Shown here: positions 32,464-40,490 of the stretch, one piece after another
Layout of the letters: every line of letters begins with the position of its first letter
Numbering within the stretch: position 1 is the first letter of the stretch
Assembly: GCA_965221125.1 (NCBI GenBank)
Contig: CBDCRW010000004.1
Span: forward strand, 992,001-1,056,000
Origin: Alphaproteobacteria bacterium
GTDB taxonomy: Bacteria; Pseudomonadota; Alphaproteobacteria; UBA828
Reading direction: 5' to 3'
Length of the DNA stretch: 64,000 nt
Notes under the pieces: model-generated
What the model was told of the DNA's origin: nothing
Seen by the model: only the letters and a program-made list of their open reading frames with translations
Databases searched by the model: none
Made by a program: the position numbers and the translations under genes

Positions 32464-32487
32464 GGGGGGGGGGGGGGGGGGGGGGGG
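32464..32487. repeat. G24 homopolymer upstream of / within the second pseudopilin leader
   Basis: 24 consecutive G immediately before GTG 32489. Confidence 0.9.
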
Positions 32488-32488
32488 A

Positions 32489-33163
32489 GTGAAATTCCTC
32501 CCTTCGGCGTTCGGGCGCAACCGGCACAGGGCATGGCGGCCACGGCCTGAGTCCCCTGCCACACTCATCGGGCGCCTAGTTCGCGAGCGGCGGGCGGCGG
32601 CATCGATCGAGCTTGCCTTGGGCGTAGTGGCGATCCTGACCGTCGCATGGGTCGCCTTCGATGTCTATTCGCTGACCCGGGCCCACGCGGCGGGCGAGCG
32701 CATCGCCGCCATCATGGCCAACTATGTCTCGCAGGAAGCGACGCCCGACGGCGGCGAGATCACGGCTCTCGGCAAGTTTCTGCGCGAGAGCGAACTCCGC
32801 GTTCCGTCGTCGCTAGTATACCTGATTTCCGCGGTACATCTTGAGGACGATTCTGCCGAGCAACTCTGGGCCCCCTCCTCCTACGAGATCCGCCTCGGCG
32901 ACGACGACGACGAAACGGCGTCTCTGGTTCAGACATGCAAGAGCCGGGGGAAGAGCGGCTGGCAGGCGCAGGCGCTCGGGGCCGATGCCACCCTCGCGCT
33001 CCAGCCCACCGATGTGGTGATCGTCGTCGAGATCTGCGCGAGCCTGAACCGCGAAGGCATGCTCAGCGAGTCGGTGGCCGGCAACCTTTACCGCGTCCAC
33101 GCCCTGCTTGCCCGCGGTACCGGGGGCAAGCCCGCAAGGCCGACCGAGCCTTCGACCAGCTAA
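32489..33163 (+). CDS. TadE/TadF-like pseudopilin
   Basis: RERRAAASIELALGVVAILTVAWVAFDVY N-terminal helix; DVVIVVEIC. Start ambiguous because of the poly-G tract. Confidence 0.8.
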   Translation: MKFLPSAFGRNRHRAWRPRPESPATLIGRLVRERRAAASIELALGVVAILTVAWVAFDVYSLTRAHAAGERIAAIMANYVSQEATPDGGEITALGKFLRESELRVPSSLVYLISAVHLEDDSAEQLWAPSSYEIRLGDDDDETASLVQTCKSRGKSGWQAQALGADATLALQPTDVVIVVEICASLNREGMLSESVAGNLYRVHALLARGTGGKPARPTEPSTS

Positions 33164-33506
33164 GAGGCTGCAGTGTCGGCCGATGATCGCACTCGATCGA
33201 TGGCTTCCCTCCACGCCCCGTCCGAGCCTGTGGATCAGCGGGCGGCGGTCCGGCCCGGCATGCGCGCAGTCATGAAGGAGGCTGCATGACCATGCGCGTG
33301 CGCTGCCGGGCCAATCACAGAACAGAAGCCGACATTTCGGAGGGGTCGCCGACGGGTGCGTCCGCAACCCCAAGGAATGGGAAGCGGGATGCGCACAACA
33401 AGACGCTCACCCGCTTCGCCACGCATCCGGAGGCAGTTGGGAGTACCTCCGGAGGTCTACACCGCGCCGGCGCGGCTCGCCGGTATCTTCATCAAAGGAG
33501 CACGAG

Positions 33507-33737
33507 ATGAAAGTGAAGAACTTCCTGCGGGCTGTTGCCCGCTTCGCACGGGCCAAGGAGGCCGTGTCGGCGCTCGAGTACGCCGTCGTTGTCAGCGTCG
33601 TCGTCGCCGGAGTCGGCGGGGCCGTGTGGGCGTTCGTGGGCGATACGCAAACCGCGATCGAATCAATCGGCACCGCAGTTGAGACGACGGCAAGTACGGC
33701 CCCGACGGGCACATTGACAGCGCCCACCTCACCCTAA
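33507..33737 (+). CDS. flp: Flp family type IVb pilin
   Basis: 76 aa; AAGGAG RBS; ARFARAKEA/VSALEYAVVVSVVVAGV Flp motif. Confidence 0.9.
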   Translation: MKVKNFLRAVARFARAKEAVSALEYAVVVSVVVAGVGGAVWAFVGDTQTAIESIGTAVETTASTAPTGTLTAPTSP

Positions 33738-33774
33738 TCCTCCACGCTTAACGCGGAACGGCACGGACAGGAGC

Positions 33775-33801
33775 CTGGGCGGCGATTGGACCGCCGCCCA
33801 G
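33775..33801 (+). terminator. Stem-loop after flp (terminator or mRNA stabiliser)
   Basis: Perfect 10-bp stem ctgggcggcg-N7-cgccgcccag; no U-tract. Confidence 0.55.
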
Positions 33802-34221
33802 ACCTTGCCGCTCGGCGATACCATCGGGATTCGAGGACAGGCATGAACTTCGGAAAGCACGCATCCCATCAGCGCGCGACTCTGCCTCCTTGGCGGAGCG
33901 GAGCGAACGCCGCGCCAACGCCGGAATTCGCCATCCCTACCTGTCTCAAATTGTTTGTCCAATTGTTTGTATCAAGGCCAAGCGCACGTCAGCACGCAGG
34001 AGATATGGAATGCGGACGCACATGACCGAATCGGGCCGGCGGGCCAAGGCCGGCGGAGTCGAAGCAACCGGCGCGCATGCCATGGACCTGCATCGCGCAG
34101 GTGACAAGTCTCGTTCGCATCGTTCGCCCAACCGAAGGCGCAGAGCATCCCGGACGTTCCGGGCGCCTGCCGCACAGACATCCGCACCCGGTCTGCCCGC
34201 CACGCGAAGGGAACTCTCGTC

Positions 34222-34689
34222 ATGAGCGAGTGGGGAATTCACGGAGCCAGAGCGGCGTTCCAAGGAATCGTGGAGGACCTGATGAGAACGTTGCTGGAGG
34301 AGCATCCCACGCTGCTCGGTGAGATGGACCTGTCGAACCTGATGGATGCCGGCTACTGCAAGGACGTCCTCGAGCTGAATATCGCGAACTTCGCGCTGAT
34401 TCGGCGCCGGGAGCAGGGCCACATGATCCAGGGCCACGCCCGGTATTGGAAGCACGTGTACGCCGGTGAGTTCTACGTGTGTTCGCAATGGTGGAAGGAC
34501 CATCACCGCTCCAATGCCGCCGCCCTGGCGAGGTTCGCGGCAAGCCTTGCCGGGATGCGGCCGCAGCATCCGGGCGCCCCTGACCTTCTGCGGCACATCG
34601 AGTCGCTTGAGCGCTATGCCGCCAGCGAAGACCCGTCCTTCCCGGATGGGCGCCAGGCGAACTCGCTGGGCCTGGCTCACAATGGCTGA
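34222..34689 (+). CDS. Hypothetical protein (155 aa)
   Basis: Protein-like composition with aromatic motif RYWKHVYAGEFYVCSQWW; co-oriented with the tad genes. Confidence 0.6.
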   Translation: MSEWGIHGARAAFQGIVEDLMRTLLEEHPTLLGEMDLSNLMDAGYCKDVLELNIANFALIRRREQGHMIQGHARYWKHVYAGEFYVCSQWWKDHHRSNAAALARFAASLAGMRPQHPGAPDLLRHIESLERYAASEDPSFPDGRQANSLGLAHNG

Positions 34690-34824
34690 AGCACTGAGGC
34701 GCGCACCTTCCGGTGCGGGCGTTCCTGCGCCAATGGCCGTTGGTCACGGAAGACGGCGCAACGAGGCTTGTGACCGGCTGGTCGCGCCGAACAGCTTCAG
34801 CCACCGCGGAAGAGCGCGGCCGGC

Positions 34825-37800
34825 ATGACCCTCGACTCCTCCAGCCCGGCCAACGCCGTGACTGCGGCGACGGGGTCGCAGCCCGACGGCGATCGCCCGC
34901 GTGAGGTGCTGCACGAGCGCCCCGACCTGGGTGCGCTTGAAGCGCTGCTCGCGGACCCTGTAGCCGTTTCGTCGGAGGAGACGGCGCTTGCGGGCTTCAT
35001 TTCCAAGCCCTTGGGACAAGACAAAGCAGGTGCCGGGACCATCGGTCCGTTCGGGTCGCGAACCGATGATTCACTTGTCGATGCGCTGCCCAAGTTGCCC
35101 ACCCACGCGCCGGACGCTCCGACGGGGAGCGAGCGCACAGTAGACGACGGTCTCGCAGCGCATCCCTCAGTTCCCGCTGAGTCGCCGATCGCTCCGATCG
35201 AACACGATATCCAGCATGCGGACACGTTAGTCCAAGACGGAACTGCGGCCGATGAGACCGGAGAGCACGGCTCGAGTCGCGCAGGCGCAAATGCTGGCGC
35301 AATGCCGGGCGCAACCAGGGACATCTCCGGACACGAGATAAGCGCCGAAGACCCAGGTGCCGGCAACACCGGAGCTGCAGACACGAGCACGTTTTCGGGA
35401 CCCGAAGCGGTTCAGACGGAAACGAACGCCGGCCCATCCGTGAACGAGCACAGTGATCAAAGTGGCGGGGCTATAGCCAACGGCCCGGATGGGACTGCTG
35501 CAAGCAAGGCCGCCAACGCCGCAGCTTCCCTGGACGATGCCCTCCTTCGTGAAATCGCCGAGGCACCTTCGGTCTCCTCCGATTCGGCAGCTTCGGACAA
35601 AGTGGATGCTGTCTTTCTCGCCCTGGATTCACCGGCCCAAGAGTCCGGTCCGGCGACCGGAACCGATACTCTGGACGGCTTCGATATCGAGTCGTTCTTT
35701 GACAGTGGGTCGCGAGGTCCGGAAGCCACCGAGGCCGCCGACGCGCTGGAAGCCGACAAACCGTCTGCTGCATCTTCCGCCGGTGCCGCAGCCGTCAGTG
35801 GGGGAACCGCCAGCGGCAGTGACGCGAGCGATGCGAACTTGCAGGATCCGCCCGAATCCGAAGTACCGACCGCCTCACATGCGCACGAGCGGCTGGAACC
35901 GGCCGGGGAAGCTGCGGACGACCGATCCGGTCGGGGTGTTGAGGCCGCCGTTAACACACTCGGCGGACTCCTGGACGGCACCCTCGTTCGAGACATTGCC
36001 GAGTCGCCCGCAATCTCATCCGATTCGGCATCGTCAGAGCAGGTTGGCACGGCCGATCTCGCAGTCGATTCCCAGGTTCACGATTCGGATTCTGTGACCG
36101 AGTCTGCTTCACTGCGCAATCAAGGCCTCGGACGCGACTTCGACCACGAGGCGCAAGATTCTGAATCCCCCGCGACCACCGACGCTGTCGTGGAGAATGC
36201 GGCGCGACGCGAAGTGTCCAGTCCTGACGCCGTACAGTCCGCCGACGGAGCAGATTCGGCCGTAGGCGGCGCCGGCGCGAAAGACCCGATGGACGTCGGG
36301 GGCGCGGAGCCGGAGCCGAGCGGTCCTCCGTCTGCCGGAAGCGGCGTGGGCCGCGACGAGTCGGTTCTCGGCCGGATCGCCGGCGAGGTGGCGGCCATCG
36401 GCGGCGAGCCGGCCGAACCCGACTCCCGGGACACCGGCGTCGAGATGTCTTGCGATGTGCCGGCAAAGCCTGCCCCAAGCGTGTCGGATCGGAACGACCC
36501 AGTGGCATCCGACGTTGAGTCCCTTGAGGACTCTGGCCGGATCGACCAGTCCGAGACGAAGAGCGCACGGGAGGAAGCCGCTTCAGTCGCGCACGAACGG
36601 CACAAAGAGCATACCGAATCGGCCACGGAAGCGACGACGCCTGCCCGGCCGGCCGTTCCGGGGGACGAGTCGCCCTTCGGCCCGGCGGATCCCGGTGAAC
36701 CGGCAACTGCCGTTGCGACCGAAGACATCATTGCGAAGGACGTCGACACTGAGAGCGATATTGCGCCCGTCATTCACCTTCCCGATCTGAGCGGCTTGCC
36801 TTCCTCTGGAACCTGCGCGGACCAAAAGGAGTCGCTGCTCCGGCAGATTGCCGACGTGGTGGCCGCCTCTGCCGGCGCGGCCGGCGATGCGCCTCCGCCG
36901 GGTCTGGCCGGACGCGGTATCGCGAGCGTTGATGAGCAGAATGATGGAGCCCAAACGGATGCTCCGCGTTCGGAGGATTCGGCTTCGATCACACTTCCCA
37001 GACCCGAGGGCTCCGAACGGCCTTTCGTGCCTATCGTGCCGGCAACCCCCGAGGGTCCCACCGATTCGTTGCGGGAGGCCGCTCCCGAGTCGACCGGCTC
37101 CGCACTTGAGTCTCCCTCCGAACAAGCGGCTCCGGATAAACCGAAGATTGCTGAAACGACCGATGACGCCGGTGACTTCGGCGCCGCACCGGCAGAATCC
37201 GAGTCCGAATCGTTCTTCGACCCCACGAACTCCAAAGAGGCGGTGGCTGCCACCGTCGCCCGGTACGCCGTCGCAACGGACGCGGAGATCGAGGACGACA
37301 CCTCCTCCGTCATTCACCTTCCCGACCTGAGCGGCCCGGCACCCTTCGAAGCTGGCGCAGGCCACGCCGAGTCGGTTGTGCCGCTGGCTGACGATGCCAT
37401 ACCCGATTCTTCCAGCGAGCCCGCCGCGCCGCCTGAAGCGGCTACGCCCCTGTCCGAGGATGCGCAGGCACGTGGTTCCGACGGCTGGCCAGATGCCGAC
37501 GACGGGCCCGCGGCAGACGACATGTCTCCCGGACACGGAGGTGTCGGTTCCCTTCCCGAATCGGATGAGAGCGCAGTGCCCGCCGACCCGGCAGAGTTTC
37601 AATTCGGTGACGACCGCCAGGATTCCGAGTCCGATAAAGAGGACCGTGGCGAGGCTTCCGCTGACGCGACCGGTATCGTGTTCGACGACACCCTTCTCGT
37701 AGACCTCGCTGCCGTAGCGCCCATCTCGTCCGATGAGGACATTGCACCGGAACGCTCGTCAGCGGCCGCCGGCGGGAGTGCCGAAGCCGACGCCCACTTG

Positions 37801-39078
37801 GTGTCCGCTCCGGAACCCGCCTTCGACGTCTCCCTTCCTCACACCGACACCGTTTCCCTTGAGGCATCTGGCGACGAACCGGACCCCGAATACGCGCACG
37901 ATGCCCTGGAGGCGGAGTCTCCCGGCCCTGCTGCTGCCCTGGCCTTCGCGACCGATGCGGACACGGAGTTGGCGCTGCGCGATGGTTTGATCGGCTTCGG
38001 ATCCGCCTCCGCCGGGACCGGGGAGCCGCAGGTGTGGCAGGGCGGTCTCAAGGCCGCGATCGCGGCCCTGGCCGAGGGCCGCACGGCTCCCTTGGTTATC
38101 GTGGATATCGATGGCGTTCCCTACCCCGCTGGCGCCATCCACGAGCTGGCGGCGGTGTGCGAGGTGGGCACCGTGGTGGTGGCGGTGGGCTCCGATGTCT
38201 CCGCGCGCCCGGGACGCGAACTGCTGTTGTCGGGGGTGAGCGACTACCTGGCCAAGCCACTGACGGCGGAAGCGGTGCGCGGGGTGGCGTCCCGCGCTCT
38301 CGCGGATGCGGCCGAAAGGCGCCCCGGCGGCCGCGTCGCATGCTTCGTCGGCTGCGGGGGAAGCGGAGCGACGACACTGGCGGCCGCGACGGCACTCCAT
38401 GCGGCGTCGCGCGGCTGCTACGTCTCGGTACTGGACCTGAGTCGGACGGTGGCGGCGGCGGCGCTGGCCTTGGGGGTAGAGCCCGTGGCGGGTCTGGATC
38501 AGCTCCTGGAGACGACAGACAAGGTCGAGGTGGAGCCCGAGTCGCTTGAGGGCGTGTGCGGGCGCCGATCGGACCGGATCGAGGTCTACGCCCATCGCTG
38601 GAGCCCGGAGCATCCGGCGGCGGCGACGGCAGCGGCGGTGGATCGCCTGCTGGCCGCGCTTAGACAGCGCTCGCAGTTGGTGTTGGTCGACGGTCTCGAT
38701 GAAGCAGAGATGCGCTTCCTTCCTTCCGTCGAGATCGACACGCGGGTGTTCGTCGCGGAGCCGACGGCGGGGAAGACGCCTCATCTGATCCGCATGATGG
38801 ACCTGCTGGACGGTGACCAGCCCACGGTGTTCGTGCAGAACTACACGCGCTCCTTCCGCCGCGACGCCGGCGCGCGCGCATTGCGGGAGGCGGGAACGGG
38901 GATCGAGCCAGACCTCGCGGTCCAGTTCGATCCGGCGATTCCCGAGACGGCCGACCGGGGCTGGCCCCAGGGAAGGCTGCCGCGCTCGTTGCGCAAGCCG
39001 GTGTCGGCGCTGACGGACCTTCTTCTGGACGAGTCGTCCGCTGCCGGCGCTGCGGCGGCCTTCGCAAGGGCAGCGTGA
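34825..39078 (+). CDS. CpaE/TadZ-like protein with ~1050-aa acidic low-complexity N-terminal extension
   Basis: C-terminal ~360 aa: receiver-like (LVIVDID, DYLAKP) plus deviant Walker A GCGGSGATTLA; stop overlaps cpaF. Confidence 0.82.
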   Translation: MTLDSSSPANAVTAATGSQPDGDRPREVLHERPDLGALEALLADPVAVSSEETALAGFISKPLGQDKAGAGTIGPFGSRTDDSLVDALPKLPTHAPDAPTGSERTVDDGLAAHPSVPAESPIAPIEHDIQHADTLVQDGTAADETGEHGSSRAGANAGAMPGATRDISGHEISAEDPGAGNTGAADTSTFSGPEAVQTETNAGPSVNEHSDQSGGAIANGPDGTAASKAANAAASLDDALLREIAEAPSVSSDSAASDKVDAVFLALDSPAQESGPATGTDTLDGFDIESFFDSGSRGPEATEAADALEADKPSAASSAGAAAVSGGTASGSDASDANLQDPPESEVPTASHAHERLEPAGEAADDRSGRGVEAAVNTLGGLLDGTLVRDIAESPAISSDSASSEQVGTADLAVDSQVHDSDSVTESASLRNQGLGRDFDHEAQDSESPATTDAVVENAARREVSSPDAVQSADGADSAVGGAGAKDPMDVGGAEPEPSGPPSAGSGVGRDESVLGRIAGEVAAIGGEPAEPDSRDTGVEMSCDVPAKPAPSVSDRNDPVASDVESLEDSGRIDQSETKSAREEAASVAHERHKEHTESATEATTPARPAVPGDESPFGPADPGEPATAVATEDIIAKDVDTESDIAPVIHLPDLSGLPSSGTCADQKESLLRQIADVVAASAGAAGDAPPPGLAGRGIASVDEQNDGAQTDAPRSEDSASITLPRPEGSERPFVPIVPATPEGPTDSLREAAPESTGSALESPSEQAAPDKPKIAETTDDAGDFGAAPAESESESFFDPTNSKEAVAATVARYAVATDAEIEDDTSSVIHLPDLSGPAPFEAGAGHAESVVPLADDAIPDSSSEPAAPPEAATPLSEDAQARGSDGWPDADDGPAADDMSPGHGGVGSLPESDESAVPADPAEFQFGDDRQDSESDKEDRGEASADATGIVFDDTLLVDLAAVAPISSDEDIAPERSSAAAGGSAEADAHLVSAPEPAFDVSLPHTDTVSLEASGDEPDPEYAHDALEAESPGPAAALAFATDADTELALRDGLIGFGSASAGTGEPQVWQGGLKAAIAALAEGRTAPLVIVDIDGVPYPAGAIHELAAVCEVGTVVVAVGSDVSARPGRELLLSGVSDYLAKPLTAEAVRGVASRALADAAERRPGGRVACFVGCGGSGATTLAAATALHAASRGCYVSVLDLSRTVAAAALALGVEPVAGLDQLLETTDKVEVEPESLEGVCGRRSDRIEVYAHRWSPEHPAAATAAAVDRLLAALRQRSQLVLVDGLDEAEMRFLPSVEIDTRVFVAEPTAGKTPHLIRMMDLLDGDQPTVFVQNYTRSFRRDAGARALREAGTGIEPDLAVQFDPAIPETADRGWPQGRLPRSLRKPVSALTDLLLDESSAAGAAAAFARAA

Positions 39079-40490
39079 GCATGGCCGCCCGCGCCTTCGG
39101 CCGCCGCCCGCGGTCTGCCGTCCCGGCGCCTGCACCCAAGGCTGCGCGCGCGGCGCCGACGCCTGCCCCGGCCGCTGCCGCCGAGCAGACAACCCCGCCG
39201 CGCCCGCGCGGCCGGAGTAGCGGCGGGATCTCCGATATTGTGACCCGGATCCATCCGACGATCGTCAAGTCGCTCGACATGACCAAGATCGCGGAGCTCG
39301 ACAACGAGCGTCTGGCCTCGCAGCTTCTGGCGTTCCTGGAGACGGGCGAGGCAGGACTGCCGGACTTGAGCCCGCTGGACCGCCAGCAGGTGGTCACCCA
39401 GCTGGTCCACGACATCAAGGGCCTGGGTCCGATCGAGCCGCTGCTGCTGGACCGCAGGATCTCGGACATCCTGATCAACGGCATGGACTCGGTCTACGTG
39501 GAGCGGAACGGCCGGCTGCAGCAGGTTGACGTGCGCTTCCGCGACGCCGAACACCTTCTCCACATCGCCCAGCGGATCGCGGGCTGGGTGGGGCGCCGGG
39601 TGGACGAGTCCAACCCGATGGTGGATGCGCGGCTTCCCGACGGCTCGCGGGTAAACATCATCATCCCGCCGCTTGCGATCGACGGGGCCACGGTCTCGAT
39701 CCGGCGCTTCACGCTGAAGGGGATCGGGCTCGAGGAGATGGCCGAGCGCCAGGTGATGTCGGAGGCGATGGCGGAGGCCTTCCGTATCTGCGTGAAGGCG
39801 CGTCTCAACGTCCTGATCAGCGGCGGCACGGGCTCGGGCAAGACCACGTTCATGAACGCGATGTCGCAGCATATCGACCACGGCGAACGGCTGGTGACCA
39901 TTGAGGACGCGGCAGAGCTGCAGCTGCAGCAGCCGCACGTGGTGCGGCTGGAGACCCGGACCATGAGCGCCGAGGGCACCGGCGAAGTGACCATGCGCGA
40001 CCTGCTTGTGAACACGCTGCGGATGCGTCCCGACCGCATCATCGTCGGCGAGGTCCGGGGCGGCGAGGCGACCGAGATGCTGCAGGCGATGAACACCGGC
40101 CATCCGGGGTCGATGTGCACGCTGCATGCGAACAGCCCTCGCGATGCACTGACGCGTCTTGAGAACATGCTGATGATGGCAGGCACGGAGATGCCGCTGC
40201 CTGCGATCCGGCGCCAGATCGCATCGAGCGTCGACATGATCGTGCAGCTTGCGCGGCTTCGCACGGGTCACCGCTGCGTGACCAGCCTGACCAACGTGGT
40301 GGGTCTCGAGAACGACATCGTGACCACGGAGGAGCTCTGGCGGCGGCGTCCGACGGTGGACACGCAGCACATCTTCGAGACCTCCGGCAGGCAGCCGTCG
40401 TGGATGGAGGCGGTGGACGCGGTGAGCATGCGCGAGCCTCTCATGGCGGCGCTCAAGGCGGACCCCCGGATCGGGGAGACGCAGACGTGA
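39075..40490 (+). CDS. cpaF: Tad pilus assembly ATPase CpaF/TadA
   Basis: [60 protein letters not shown]. Confidence 0.96.
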   Translation: MSMAARAFGRRPRSAVPAPAPKAARAAPTPAPAAAAEQTTPPRPRGRSSGGISDIVTRIHPTIVKSLDMTKIAELDNERLASQLLAFLETGEAGLPDLSPLDRQQVVTQLVHDIKGLGPIEPLLLDRRISDILINGMDSVYVERNGRLQQVDVRFRDAEHLLHIAQRIAGWVGRRVDESNPMVDARLPDGSRVNIIIPPLAIDGATVSIRRFTLKGIGLEEMAERQVMSEAMAEAFRICVKARLNVLISGGTGSGKTTFMNAMSQHIDHGERLVTIEDAAELQLQQPHVVRLETRTMSAEGTGEVTMRDLLVNTLRMRPDRIIVGEVRGGEATEMLQAMNTGHPGSMCTLHANSPRDALTRLENMLMMAGTEMPLPAIRRQIASSVDMIVQLARLRTGHRCVTSLTNVVGLENDIVTTEELWRRRPTVDTQHIFETSGRQPSWMEAVDAVSMREPLMAALKADPRIGETQT

